Below, in pieces: positions 24,235 to 38,925 of a stretch of DNA of 64,000 nt (the first letter of the stretch is position 1; every line of letters begins with the position of its first letter). Below the pieces are notes generated by a model. That model saw nothing but the letters and a program-made list of their open reading frames with translations, was not told the origin of the DNA and ran no database searches. The position numbers and the translations under genes are program-made. The DNA comes from Blepharisma stoltei ATCC 30299 (taxonomy: Eukaryota > Protista > Ciliophora), in assembly GCA_965603825.1 (NCBI GenBank), contig CBFDEM010000047.1, positions 783,310-847,309 on the forward strand, written 5' to 3'.

Positions 24235-27200
24235 CTATTTTTCAAATAGCTCTTGAGGAGCAATTTTAAATCGGGAATTCCTGAAATTAAACGCGAACTT
24301 AAACAAAGTACTTGTATCTTTCCCTTTCTTCCTAAACAGCATGCTTGGATATTTTTTCTTTTGGACATATAAGCCAACCAAAGTTATTATAAGCCACCCA
24401 ATAATTAGTAAACTTGTCCATAAAGGACTACTACTCTTATCAAGGCATATATTAATTGTTGTGATAATTGATGACCATGATACAGCAATCAGAGTTAGAA
24501 AATGCCACCAAGTAAACCTAGGATAGTTATATGGTTGATTTTTAAACCCGAAAGTCCCAAAAATAATAACGATCAGAGTAAATAAAGCTCCATGTGCTAT
24601 ATCCTGGGTTCTTTTTACAGTTTTGTTTAAGACAATAAGGGAAACTTGAAATATAGTTTTTACCATTAAATGCGAAGGGGTGTATTTGACATGAACCAAA
24701 TTATCTAATTCTTGCCATAGAGGTCTACAGAGTACAGCTAATGGCTCATAAACTACAAGGCAAACTGCAGAAATTGCAACATAAATAATATGGTCGCCTT
24801 TCCAGCAAAATTGATAGCAGTCTTTAATCATAAAACTGTCAGTAAAATTTTCTCCAATTGATTCATCACATATAAAAACCTCTAAAAGCAGCGACACTAT
24901 AGGTATAAACATAAGATTCCCAATAATTGGCATCAACAAATAAGCAGACTTATTTAGCAGCCTAAGCAAGCCAATTGTTGGGAATCTTTCATCAAGTCGA
25001 AGCAATACAGTTACTGACAAAACAACCCATATAAAAACTAGTCCAAAAATAAAATCAAGGAAAAACCAAAAAACACCATTTTTAGTACTGATGAGATTGC
25101 TTAAGTCGAAAGAAAGCATGCTTCCTAGATCTCCAATCAAAGAACTAATAGGAGTAAGGTCAGGTCCCATCGATAAAATTTGGAGAAATTCTATTATCAC
25201 TGTAGCTCCCATTATAAAGTCTTCAATCGATATTTCCTGCTTTTTAGTCAGTTGATCCACTTTTATATTCCACCATTTTTTTCAGATATAAAATGTTATA
25301 GCTGCTGTGCATATACCGACTGCAATAGAAATGCCGAAAATTAAGTATCTACCTTTGGTAAATGTTCTGACTTTATCATCTGGGAAAGGGCAATTTCCGT
25401 TTATAACTCTTAGCAAACTAACAGTTGTACTATTGCCTGGATAAACAATTGGCTTTAGTATTTGAAGGAGCGTTGCTGCTGCTGGTTTTATATAAGCGCT
25501 ATCACTTATTGTAATATTTCCTGTATTTTTATTTAAAACAGCATTTTGCAATATAATGAGATCGACATACCTATTATTCGTCCCATCCTCAATTTGCACT
25601 TTTCCTGAGCATCCTCTAAAGCTCTGCTTTCTTATCGCTGCCATTAATCGGATCGCGTTCGTATAATCTTGCCCTCTATTTATCATGAAATCAATTGCTG
25701 AAGCTCCTAATAATAAAGAATCATAATACAAACAAGGCTGAACCAAATTGTCACTTTTTTTTATATTATACCTTGATTGGAGCAAATCAGCCACATTTTC
25801 TCCAGTTTCTCCCGTATACCCTGGCTGTTCAAATGCAATTGAAGGTGTCCCAACTTCTTTTGATTCTTCAAGATAAAGTACAGAAGATGTGAACATAGAA
25901 GAAATCGTCCCAGGGATTGCATAATAAATAAAAAGGTCACCATTTCTCATGCCTAAAGAATGGAAAACTTTTATGCCATCTGGAGCTGAGTTAATAGGGA
26001 CAGCATACACTATAAGTCTGGCATTACAATTTATGACTTCTTTAAAAATATGTGAATAATTTGCTTTTAGTGTTGCATAATAAGTAGACGCTGGAAAAGA
26101 CCGCGACGTGGGGTCATTAAGAATTTTTATATTATATTTTTCCGCTTCAGCTATAAAAGTAGTAGCGAATTCTTTAGAAAATGAACCTTCTTGGTATATG
26201 AGAGCGCAGCTTCTTCACCCAAGTGTATAAAGGATTTTTACAGCCATAGAAGCGAAATAAACACCATTATAACTGACTCTTGCAAATAAGGGGTAGTTTG
26301 AAATTGAAGAAAATGCATCAGGACCTATCCTTGAACCTATTTGTGGGACTTTGACGTTTAATCTATTAAATGTTGCGAAAATTCCTTTGAAGACAATTGC
26401 ACTGCTTGGGGGATAATAAATAAGACCAATTTTATTTATATTTTGCTTGAAACAGCTTAATTGGAATGTTGCATTCACTGCCATGCTGCCGCAATCAAAA
26501 CTGTTTCCTTGAATTGCGAAATTTTTAAGAATCCCTAATTTCTCTTCATTTATTAGAGAAATAGCTAAATTGCTGCCAGCGAATTCAATTTTATTAAAAG
26601 GGTAGCTTTGAATTCCATCAGGGTTATGGATTCCGCTGTTCAAGCCTATATCTAATACTTTTTTTTCTGATGTGGGTATTAATTGCAAATTACCGATAAA
26701 AGTAATATTTTTAAAGTTTTGGTCAAATGCATCCCCAATAAATACTCGGCGTCCATGCTTTACGTTGAGTAAGCTAAATGAATTTTCACAAAAATGATTA
26801 GTGCACGAAGTTTCAGCCGCCTGCCTTAATTCATATTGATCATTAAAGTTAGTTGAAATTCCTTGTATTGCAAATAATATTTGATTTGCAACATAATCTT
26901 CTTTTGACTCAGAAAATATTTGATGTTTAGGAGCAATGATTAATGACCCTTCTAGAGTTAAGTTATAGCTACTTTCATGACTCATTAGAACCGAAGCCCT
27001 TGAACCCAATAGTTTTGCATTTTTTAAATTTTCTACTATTTTCCATGACGTGCTGGCATCTGTAAATAAATAGTATAAATTTGTCCCTAATTTGAAAACT
27101 TCTTTATTAATTATTTCTTCAATGTCAGAGCTACTTTCTATGATGAAATAGTTGAAAGAATTCTCTAAGAAATTATCAATCATACTCTTTAGAAATCAAT

Positions 27201-27624
27201 TTTCTTTAGATAAAAAGAAAACTCCAGATTCTCATTCGAGATTTTTAAGAATATTTACAACCGCATTTGAGTAATTGGACTTTTCGTAGCTTAATGAATA
27301 TGTTCATTTATAGTAGCCCTTGCTATAGTCATCAATAATAAAGTATACAAATTTTAAATCTTCAGCCTGTTGAGATAATAAAAAGTGAGTATTACTATTC
27401 GATGTAAGATCAATTACTATTCCTTCTTCATTCCTTTTTTGAATTATCTGATCTAAAAATGTTTCTTCTATCCATATTACTGAAATACTGCTATCTGAGT
27501 AAAGCTTTGAAATAAGGTTGCTCTGAAGCGTTTTTATCTTTAAGCTTTTGTCGGCACTATATATGATCAAAATATCAAGGGAGTATGATATTGTAAGTGA
27601 CACTGTTAGAATAAAAAAAAACAT
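24235..27624 (-). CDS. Venus-flytrap (ANF-receptor/PBP1) + ~9-TM receptor-like protein, copy 1 (1129 aa)
   Basis: Signal peptide MFFFILTVSL. VFT hallmarks AISLINE..IL, VPQIG....AFSSISNYPLFARVS, ILYTLG-W(TGA)-RSCALIY and FRGCSGKVQI. Multi-TM C-terminus with CYQFCWKG. All ORF pieces are in one frame across TGA codons. Confidence 0.85.
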
Positions 27625-28238
27625 TAAGAGTCCTGAGTGTTTAATTATTTTATTATACTCAATATCAAATAGTGATATATGCAATAGCAATCAGTTTGTT
27701 AAAGTTTAATAATTAAGTATGAACTATTGAAAAAAATCTCATGTAAATAATAGTCAAAATATCTATTCATTGTATTATTTAAGTGAGATAGAAATATTAA
27801 AAGATGTTATGAAGTAAGCCATGACTTTAAGATCTGAAATTATGAATAATTAATGTTTTAATTTGTATGTCTAAAGAAATAATTTTTCAAAATATTAAAG
27901 GAAAATTCCGTTTCATTTTATTAAAGCAGCGATTAAGATTTCTATTAAAAAAGTAAAATCTTAATTTAAAGTGAATGCTCTAAAATCTTTATAATTTTTT
28001 TTTATTATAACTTCAATGAAATATGGAAATAATAGATTGCCAATACAATTTAATTATCAATAATTACTATCATATATAAAAGATATTTAAAATTAGCGTT
28101 AAAAAACAATTTGTAACTCTAAAATTAGAAAATTAATTTAGCAGCGCATAAAATAATATGCCAAATATCAAATATATAAAATTAACATTCATGTAAAATT
28201 AATTGCTAAAAAAATTATTAACTTTACCTATTAATCTC

Positions 28239-31200
28239 TTATTTTTCAAATTCTTTAATGGGAATAACTTTAGTTCGAGTTTGGCTAAATGTAAACGCAA
28301 ACTTAAACAAAGTGCTTGTATCTTTTATATTCTTTCTATACAGCATGCTTGGATATTTTTTCTTTTGGACATATAAGCCAACCATAGCTATTATAGCCCA
28401 CCCGATAGCAAGTAAGATTACCCATAAAGGATTAGTAGTCTTGCCAAGTCCTATATTAATTGTTGTGATAAGTGATGACCATGATACAGCAACCATAGTT
28501 AGAAAATGCCACCAAGTAAACCTAGGATAGTTATATGATTGATTTTTAAATCCGAAAATCCCAAAAATAATAACAATTAGGGTAAACAAAGCTCCATGCG
28601 TTATATCTTGGGCTCGTTTTACAGTTTTGTTTAAGATAATAAGGGAAACTTGAAAAACAGTTTTTACCATTAAATGCAAAGGTGTGTATTTAACATGCAC
28701 AAAATGATCTAATTCTTGTCATAGTGGCCTACAAAATACAGCTAATGGCTCATAAACTACAAGGCAAACTGCAGAGATTGCAGCATATATAATATGCTCG
28801 CCTTTCCAACAAAATTGATAGCAGTCTTTAATCATAAAGCTGTCAGTAAAATCTTCTCCAATTGATTCATCACATATAAAAACATCTAAAAGCAGCGACA
28901 CTATAGGTATAAACATAAGATTCCCAATAATTGGCATCAACAAATAAGCAGACTTATTTAAAAGCCTAAACAAGCCAACTGCTGGGAATCTTTCGTCAAT
29001 TCGGAGTAATACAGATACTGACAAAACAGCCCATACACAAACAAGCGCATAAATAGCATCCAAGAAAAACCAAAAAACTCCATTTTTAGTGCTGATGAAA
29101 TCATTTAAGTCTAAAGAAACCATATTTCCTAGATCTCCAATCAAAGAACTAATAGGAGCAAGGTCAGGTCCCATTGCTAAAACCTGGAATAGCTCTATTA
29201 TCACTGTAGCTCCAATCATAATATCTTCAATAGACATTTCCTGTTTCTCAGTCAACTTATCCACCTTTATATTCCATCATTTGTGTCAAATATAAAGCGT
29301 TGTAGCAGCCGTGCTTATTCCGACAGCAATAGAAATTCCAAAAACTAAGTATCGCCCTTTGGTAAAAGTTCTAACTTTATTATCTGGAAAAGGGCACTTT
29401 CCATTTATAACTCTGAATAAACTAACAGTTGTGGTATTGCCTGGATAAACAATTGGCTTTAGTATTTGGAGTAGTGTCGTTCCTAATGGTTTTATATAAG
29501 CACTATCACTTATTGTAACATTTCCAGTATTTTTATTTAAAACAGCGTTTTGCAATATAACGAGGTCAACAACCCTATTATTCGTCCCATCCTCAATTTG
29601 TATTTTCCCTGAGCATCCTCTGAAGGTTTGCTTTCTTATTGCTTTCATTAATCGAGTCGCGTTCGTATAATCTTGTCCTCTATTTATCATAAAATCTACT
29701 GCCAAAGCTCCTAATACTAAAGAATCATAATAAGCACAAGGCTGAATCAAGTTGTCACTTTTTTTAATATTATACCTTGATTGAAGCAAATTAGCCACCA
29801 TGTCTCCAACTTCTCCTGTATACCCTGGTGGTTCAAATGCGATTGAAGGGGTAGCAATTTCTTTGGATTCTGCAAGATACTTAGCAGAAGATGTGAAAAC
29901 AGAAGAAATAGTGCCTGGATTCGCAAAACAAAACAAGAGATCACCATTTGTGATGCCTAAAGAATGGAAAACTTTTATACTGTCTGAAGCTGCATTAATA
30001 GAGACCACATACACTATAAGTCTGGCGTTAGAATTTATAGCTTCTTTAAAAACATGTGAATAGTTTGCTTTTAGTCCTTCATAATAAGTAGCTTGTGGAA
30101 AAGATCGTGACGCAGGATCATTAAGAATATTTATATTATATTTTTCTGCATATGCTACAAAAGCATTAGCGAATTCAACAAAATAAGCACCTTCTTGGTA
30201 TATGAGAGCGCAGCTTCTTCATCCAAGTGTGTAAAGGATTTGTACAACCAGAGAGGCCAAATAAACACCGTTATAACTGACTCTGGCAAATAATGGATAT
30301 TTAGAAATTGAAGAAAATGAGTCAAAGCCTATCCTAGAGGCTATTTGTGGAACCCTGACGTTTAATTTATCGAATGTTGTGAAAATTCCTTGTAGAACTG
30401 GTGTACCACTGGGAGGGATAAAAATAAGGCCAATATTACTTATATTTTGCTTGAAACAATTTAGTTGGAAGGTTGGGTTTACAAATGTGCTGCCACAATC
30501 AAAGCTATTTCCTTGAATTGCAAAATTGTCCAGAATCCCTAATTCGCCTTCATTTATTAGAGAGATTGCTAAATTGCTACCTGCGAATTCAATTGTGTTA
30601 AAAGGGTAGCTTTGAACTCCATTAGGATTATGAATTCCGCTATTTAAGCCTATTTCTAATACTTTTTTTTTTGATATAGGTATTGCTTGCGAATTACCGA
30701 TAAAAGTAACATTATCAAAGCTTGAGTCAAATGCCTCACCAATAACAACTCGGTCTCCATTTTTGACATTGAGCACGCTGAATGAATTTTCACAAAAATG
30801 ATTAGTGCACAAATTTTCAGCCACTTGCCTTAATTCATATTGATTATTAAAATCAGTTGAAATTTCTTGTATAGCGAATAATATTTGATTTGCGACATAA
30901 TCTTCTTTTGACTTAGAAAATATTTGATTTTTAGGAGCAATAATTAATGAGCCTTCGAGTGTTAAATTATAGCTACTTTCATGACTCATTAAAACCGAAG
31001 TCCCTGAACCCAATAGTTTTGCATTTTTTAAATTTTCTACTATTTTTCATGACGTATTCGCGTCGGTGAATATATAATATAAATTTGTTCCAAGATTGAA
31101 AACCTCTTTATTAACTATTTCTTCAGTATTCGAACTGCTTTGTATTATAAGATAGCTAAAAGAATTTTTTAATAGGTCATCAATTATGTTCTTTAGAAAT

Positions 31201-31631
31201 CAATTTTCTTCAGATAAAAAGAAAACACCAGATGCTCAATCAAAATTTTTTAGGACATTTACAATTGCTTTTGAATAGTTCACCTTTTCGAAAAATAGGG
31301 AATATGTCCATTTATGGTAGCTCTCATTATAGTCATCAATAATAAAGTGCACAAAATCTAAATCTTCAGCCTTCTGAGATAATAAAAAATGAGTATTTAA
31401 ATTTGATGAAAGATCAATTACTAATCATTTTTCATTAATTTTTTGAATTCACTGATCTGAAAATTTTTCATCAATTCAAGTAACAGAAATACTGTTTTCT
31501 GAGGAAAGCTTGGAACTGAGGATGTTTTGAAGGGAATTTATTTGCAAGTTTTTGTCAGTGCTGTATATGATCAAGCTATCAAGTGAATATGATAATGCAA
31601 TTCACACGGCCGCAAAGTAAAAAAAAAACAT
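28239..31631 (-). CDS. VFT + multi-TM receptor-like protein, copy 2 (1130 aa)
   Basis: Paralog of copy 1; single frame from ATG 31631 to TAA 28239 with TGA=Trp. Confidence 0.85.
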
Positions 31632-32568
31632 AATAAAAGCTTTTATTTATATTAATAGTTTTAGAATTAAGTTTTTAATTATTTATTAACTATTAAAAAA
31701 CTTGGTATTTGAATAATAGTCAAAATATCAAGCCAAAAGTCATTTATTTCTGTTTTATCTAAATAATTTTGTCTGATAAGAAATATTAAAAGATATTAGC
31801 AAAAGAAACTAGAGGAGTTTTATTATCTTAAAGTCCATAAGTTATTTTAGGTTGGTAAATAAATAGCTTTCTTAAAAAATTCTTTCATTTTTATATGAAA
31901 GCAAATTCAAATTTTTAATTAATAGAGTTTCTATCGAAAAAACAGCAGAATCTGATATCAAGTGAAATGGTCTCCTATCTTTGGAAAAAGGTTTTATTAT
32001 AAAATTTATCCAAAGAAAAAAGAATAACCGATATAATTTAGCAATAAATAATTATTTTCAGAAGAAAAAGTTATCTACAATATAAGACTTAAAATAGAAA
32101 ATAAGTTAGGATTGTTTAATACAATATTCCATGAATATTATCCCTTTTTTGATCGCCCTGCATTTTACCTTAAAATGCAGAATAACGATCTCTCTGATCA
32201 AAATATCAGCAATGATGCTATTTTTTTGAAAACTTCATTATCGAGCTACTTCAGAAAATAGTAATACAAATAATAAGAATTTTCAAAATAATGATTTTTT
32301 TCCATTTCCAGTTTTGCATGCTACATAATAGGCTGGCTCAAAATGTATTACTCAGAAAGCTAAAGATTTTTTGATATATAATAAAATCAAGTAATTTTCA
32401 AGATTATAAAAGGGGAAGATGCATCATAATATAGTTTTTAATTAAATAATTAATTAACCTACTAGGCCTATTATTTGTTAATAGTGTCCAAAAAAAAACA
32501 ATATTCGCAGGTATAATAAGTTTATTTTAATTTATCAATTGCAATAATAAACTTATTTTTATAAAGCT

Positions 32569-32815
32569 TACACTGGTAAAAACGAAAAATCAGGAAATGC
32601 GACAAATCCAAGGAAAAATGGCCTATGGTTTGCCCAATAAAAAGAAAAGTTAAATTAAGCGATCTAAGGTTAAGACTGAGCATTTTAAAGCATAGAACTT
32701 CTAAATTAATTAAGGATAATTCGGATATTTTTTAAAAAAATTTTCGATATAATTTATACATAAATCTTTAAAAAAACCTCCATGAGCTAAAAATTTTTGT
32801 TCGGTAAGAAGGGTA
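32569..32815. mobile_element. 245-bp TA-bounded insertion (IES/MITE-like)
   Basis: gctTA-cactgg...gaaggg-TAatag here versus the empty site actTAataa at 38855-38856 in the duplicated spacer. Confidence 0.55.
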
Positions 32816-32927
32816 ATAGTTTTTATGACTAAAACTGTCTTTTTATAGTATATTAAATTCTGTTTTTCGATTGTCTTAAAGTTTTTCTTAAATAAATATT
32901 TTATTTAATAAAAAATTTTAACTTAGT

Positions 32928-34630
32928 CTATTTTTCGGACAGCGTTTGAGGAGTTATTTTAGGTCGGGTTTTGCTAAAAGTAAACGCAAATTTAAATAAA
33001 GTGCTTGTATCCTTTCCTTTCTTCCGAAGCAGCATGCTTGGATATTTTTTCTTTTGGACATATAAGCCAACCATAGCTATTATAACCCACCCGATAGTCA
33101 GTAAGATTACCCATAAAGGATTAGTAGTTTTGCCAAGCCCTATATTAATTGTTGTGATAAATGATGACCATGATACAGCAACCAGAGTCAAGAAATACCA
33201 CCAAGTAAACCTAGGATAGTTATATGATTGATTTTTAAACCCAAAAATCCCAAAAATAATCACTATCAGGGTAAACAAAGCTCCATGCGTTAAGTATTGC
33301 GCTCTTTTTACAGTTTTGTTTAAGACAATCAGGGAAGCTTGAAAAACAGTTTTGCCATTAGATGCCAAGGGGTGTATTTAACATGCACCAAATTATCTAA
33401 TTCTTGTCATAGCGGTCTACAGAAAACAGCTAATGGCTCATAAACTGCAAGGCAAATTGCAGAAATTGTAGCATAGATTATATGTTCGCCTTTCCAGGCT
33501 CATTCCCTCAGACTATATAGTCAAAATTTTTGTGCCAGACATTATTTACACCCTTATAGCGTAGAAGAATCTTTCACACCCTTAAAGGAGTTAAAATAAT
33601 TTGCATTAGAATTATACTTATCGTGAATATTTTTTTAGATAGTCATCTAATAGGATGAAAAAAGCATCCTGTTATTAAAATTTATCTTATTTAGGATATG
33701 AAAATGAGACAATGAAAATTATTTAAATTTAAAATGCTGCAATTAGACGTTGTTTTAAGAGGAATATATAAAAAAAAATATACTTGAAAAAATTAATTTG
33801 ATTCACAATTTGATCTTAAAATAGTAAATATCTTAAATTTATCAAATAACTAAATATCTCGCTATAAGAGCTATTCGAGAATTACACTAAATTACTTAGG
33901 CCTTCTAGCATATTTAACCAATAATTTCTTAAGAGTTATTGATATATAAAAATTTTACTCACTCTTAAAAGTATTAAGTTTTGAAATATAGGCATTTTAT
34001 CAGTGCTTTTACTAGTTATTAAAGAGAGTCTGGATAAAATTCTTATCATACAATAAATATCTCAAGCAAAAACCGTCAAAAAAAATCAAATAAATGTCTG
34101 CCAGAGGTAAATCTCCCGAAATCTACACCTTTCCAGCAAAACTGATAGCTGTCTTTAATCATAAAACTATCAGTGAAATTTTCTCCAATTGATTCATCAC
34201 ATATAAAAACATCTAAAAGTAGAGAAACTATTGGTATAAACATAAGATTCCCAAGAATTGGCATCAAAAAATCAGCAGACTTATTCAACAGCCTAAACAA
34301 GCCAATAGAAGGTAATCTTTCGTCAAGTCGAAATAATACAGTTACTGACAAAACAGCCCATATAAAAGCAACACCAAAAATAAAATCAAGGAAAAACCAA
34401 AAGACACCATTTTTAGTACTGATGAAATCATTTATGTCCAGAGAAAGCATATTTCCTAGGTCTCCAGTTAAAGCGCTAATAGAAGCGAGATTAGGTCCTT
34501 GATAACAACTGGAAAAACTCTATTATCACTGTAGCCCCCATCATAAAATCTTCAATAGACATTTCCGGCTTTGTAGTCAGTTGCTCCACTTTTATATTCC
34601 ATCATTTTTCTCATATATAAAACGTTATAA
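32928..34630 (-). pseudogene. 5'-truncated receptor fragment (TM region only) carrying a 639-bp insertion
   Basis: Homologous to the 3' part of copy 4. Frameshifts near 33351 and 34500, insertion at 33489-34136, truncated at the duplication junction ~34630. Confidence 0.85.
33489..34136. mobile_element. 639-bp insertion flanked by the 9-bp direct repeat CCTTTCCAG
   Basis: Direct repeats at 33489-33497 and 34128-34136. Intact paralogs have a single copy of the site. Confidence 0.7.
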
Positions 34631-34706
34631 TATTCCAAATATTAAATATATTAAAATTTTGCAAAATTAATTGCTAAAAAAATAATTAACTTGAACTATT
34701 AATCTC

Positions 34707-37700
34707 CTATTTTTCAAATTCTTTAAGGGGAATAATTTTAGTTCGAGTTTGGCTAAATGTAAACGCAAACTTAAACAAAGTACTTGTATCTTTTATATTC
34801 TTTCTATACAGCATGCTTGGATATTTTTTCTTTTGGACATATAAGCCAACCATAGCTATTATAACCCACCCGATAGCCAGTAAGATTACCCATAAAGGAC
34901 TAGTAGTTTTGCCAAGCCCTATATTAATTGTTGTGATAAATGATGACCATGATACAGCAACCATAGTTAGAAAATGCCACCAAGTAAACCTAGGATAGTT
35001 ATATGATTGATTTTTAAATCCGAAAATCCCAAAAATAATCACTATCAGGGTAAACAAAGCTCCATGCGTTATATCTTGGGCTCGTTTTACAGTTTTGTTT
35101 AAGATAATAAGGGAAACTTGAAAAACAGTTTTTACCATTAAATGCAAAGGTGTGTATTTAACATGCACAAAATGATCTAATTCTTGTCATAGCGGCCTAC
35201 AAAATACAGCTAATGGCTCATAAACTACAAGGCAAACTGCAGAAATTGCAGCATATATAATATGCTCGCCTTTCCAACAAAATTGATAGCAGTCTTTAAT
35301 CATAAAGCTGTCAGTAAAATCTTCTCCAATTGATTCATCACATATAAAAACATCTAAAAGCAGCGACACTATAGGTATAAACATAAGATTCCCAATAATT
35401 GGCATCAACAAATAAGCAGACTTATTTAAAAGCCTAAACAAGCCAACTGCTGGGAATCTTTCGTCAATTCGGAGTAATACAGATACTGACAAAACAGCCC
35501 ATACACAAACAAGCGCATAAATAGCATCCAAAAAAAACCAAAAAACTCCATTTTTAGTGCTGATGAAATCATTTAAGTCTAAAGAAACCATGTTTCCTAG
35601 ATCTCCAATCAAAGAACTAATAGGAGCAAGGTCAGGTCCCATTGCTAAAACCTGGAATAGCTCTATTATCACTGTAGCTCCAATCATAATATCTTCAATA
35701 GACATTTCCTGTTTCTCAGTCAGCTGATCTACCTTTATATTCCATCATTTGTGTCAAATATAAAGCGTTGTAGCTGCCGTGCTTATTCCGATAGCAATAG
35801 AAATTCCAAAAACTAAGTATCGCCCTTTGGTAAAAGTTCTAACTTTATTATCTGGAAAAGGGCACTCTCCATTTATAACTCTAAACAAACTAACAGTTGT
35901 GGTATTGCCTGGATATACAATTGGCTTTAGTATTTGAAGCAGTGTCGTTCCTAATGGTTTTATATAAGCACTATCACTTATTGTGACATTTCCTGTATTT
36001 TTATTTAGAATAGCATTTTGCAATACAATGAGGTCAACAATTCTATTATTCGTCCCATCCTCAGTTTGTACTTTTCCAGCACATCCTCAGAAGGTTTGCT
36101 TTCTTATAGCTTTCATTAATCGAGTCGCATTCGTATAATCTTGCCCTCTATTTATCATGAAATCAATTGCTAAAGCTCCTAATACTAAAGCATCATAATA
36201 TGCACAAGGCTGAATCAAATTGTCACTTTTTTTAATATTATACCTTGATTGAAGCAAATTAGCCACCATTTCTCCAACTTCTCCTGTATATGCTGGTGGC
36301 TCAAATGCGATTGAAGGTGTTGCAATTTCTTTGGATTCTGCAAGATACTTAGCAGAAGATGTGAAAACAGAAGAAATAGTGCCTGGGTTTGCAAAACAAA
36401 ATAATAGATCACCATTTCTCATGCCTAAAGAATGAAAAACTTTTATACTGTCTGAGGCTGCATTAATAGAGACTATATAAACTATAAGTTTGGCGTTACA
36501 ATTTATAGCTTCTTTAAAAACATGTGAATAGTTTGCTTTTAGTCCGTCATAATAAATAGCTTGTGGAAAGGATCGTAACGCAGGGTCATTAAGAATATTT
36601 ATTTTATATTTTTCTGCCTCAGCCATAAAAGCATTAGCGAATTCGACAAAAAAAGCGCCCTCTTGGTATATGAGAGCGCAGCTTCTTCATCCAAGCGTGT
36701 AAAGGATTTTTACAGCCATAGAAGCTAAATAAACAGCATTATAACTGACTCTTACAAATAATGGGTATTTAGAAATTGAAGAAAATTCGTCAAAACCTAT
36801 CCTAGCGGCTATTTGTGGAACTTTGACGTTTAATATATTGAATGTCGTGAAAATTCCTTGTAGGACTGCTGTGATGCTGTTGGGTAAATAAATAAGACCA
36901 ATTTTACTTATATTTTGCTTGAAACAATTCAATTGGAATGTTGCATTCAGTATTGTGCTGCCACAATCAAAACTGTTTCCTTGAATTGCAAAATTTTTAA
37001 GAATCCCTAGTTCTCCTTCATTTATTAGAGAGATAGCTAAATTGCTACCTGCGAATTCAATTGTGTTAAAAGGGTAGCTTTGAACTCCATTAGGATTATG
37101 AATCCCGCTGTTTAAGCCTATTTCTAATACTTTTTTTTCTGATATAGGTATTAATTGCGAATTCCCTATAAAAGTAACATTATCAAAGTTTGAGTCAAAT
37201 GCCTCACCAATAACAACTCGGTCTCCATTTTTGACATTAAGCACGCTGAATGAATTTTCACAAAAATGATTAGTGCACAAAGTTTTAGCCACTTGCCTTA
37301 ATTCATATTGATTATTAAAATCAGTTGAAATTTCTTGTATTACGAATAATATTTGACTTGCAACATAATCTTCTTTTGACTTAGAAAATATTTGATGTTT
37401 AGGAGCAATGATTAATGACCCTTCAAGTGTTAAATTATAGTTACTTTCATAACTCATTAAAACCGAAGTCCCTTGGCCCAATAGTTTTGCATTTTTTAAA
37501 TTTTCTACTATTTTTCATGCGGTATTTGCTTCGGTAAATATATAATATAAATTTGTTCCAAGATTGAAAACTTCTCTATTAATTATTTCTTCAGCATTCG
37601 AGCTGCTTTGCACTATAAGATAGCTAAAAGAATTTTTTAACTGGTCATCAATCATGCTCTTTAAAAATCAATTTTCTTCAGATAAAAAGAAAACGCCAGA

Positions 37701-38099
37701 TGTTCAGTAAAAATTTCTAAGGACATTGACAACTGCTTTTGAATAGTTCACCTTTTCGAAAAATAGGGAATATGTCCATTTATGGTAGCTCTCATTATAG
37801 TCATCAATAATAAAGTGCACAAAATCTAAATCTTCAGCCTTCTGAGATAATAAAAAATGAGTATTTAAATTTGATGAAAGATCAATTACTAATCATTTTT
37901 CATCAATTTTTTGAATTCACTGATCTAAAAATTTTTCATCAATTCAAGTAACAGAAAGTCTGTTTTCTGAGGAAATTTTGGAGCTGAGGATGCTTTGAAG
38001 GGAATTTATTTGTAAGTTTTTGTCAGTGCTGTATATAATCAAGATATCAAGTGAGTACGATAATGCAATTCACAAGGCTGCAAAGTAAAAAAAAACCAT
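34707..38099 (-). CDS. VFT + multi-TM receptor-like protein, copy 3 (1130 aa)
   Basis: Close paralog of copy 2 (offset 6468 bp). Single frame from ATG 38099; TGA at 36087 replaces the AGA of other copies (R to W). Confidence 0.85.
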
Positions 38100-38925
38100 T
38101 ATAAAACCTTCTAATTATTTTAATATTTTTAGAATTAAGTTTTTAATTATTTATTAACTATAAAATAAATTAGTATTTGAATAATATTCAAAATATCAAG
38201 CCAAAAGCCATCTATTTCTATTTTATCTAAATAATTTTGTCTGATAAAAAATATTAAAAGATATTAGCAAAAGAAACTCGAGGAGTTTTATTGGCTTAAA
38301 GTCCATAAGTTGCCTTAAGTTGGCAAATATATAGTAAATAGCTTTCTTAAAAGACAAAGGGAAATTCTTTCATTTTTATATTAGAACAAAATTCAAAAAG
38401 AAAATAAGTTAGGATTGCTTGATACAATATTCCATATCCCATGAATATTATCCTTTTTTTGATCGCCCTGCATTTTGCATTAAAAAACAGACTAACGATC
38501 TCTCTGATCAAAATATTTGCAATGATACTATTTTGTTGATAACTTCATTATTGGGCTATTTCAGAAAATATAAATAAAATTAATAAAATTTTCAGAATTT
38601 CAAAATAATGATTTTTTAAATTTCCAGTTTTGCATGTTGCATAATAGGCTGGCTCAAAAGTATTAATCGCAGAAAGCTATAAAATTGGGTGAATTTACAA
38701 GAGTATAGTCTTTAACTTAATAATTAATTAACCTACTAGGCCTATTATTTGCTAATAGTGTTCAAAAATAAAACAATATTTCGATTGAAACTTGCAGGTA
38801 TATAAATTTATTTTAATTTATCTATTGAAATAATAAGCTTATCTTTATATAACTTAATAATTTTTATGACTAAAATCGACTTTTCCACAGTGTATTAAAA
38901 TAAATTTTTATTTAATAAAAAAATT

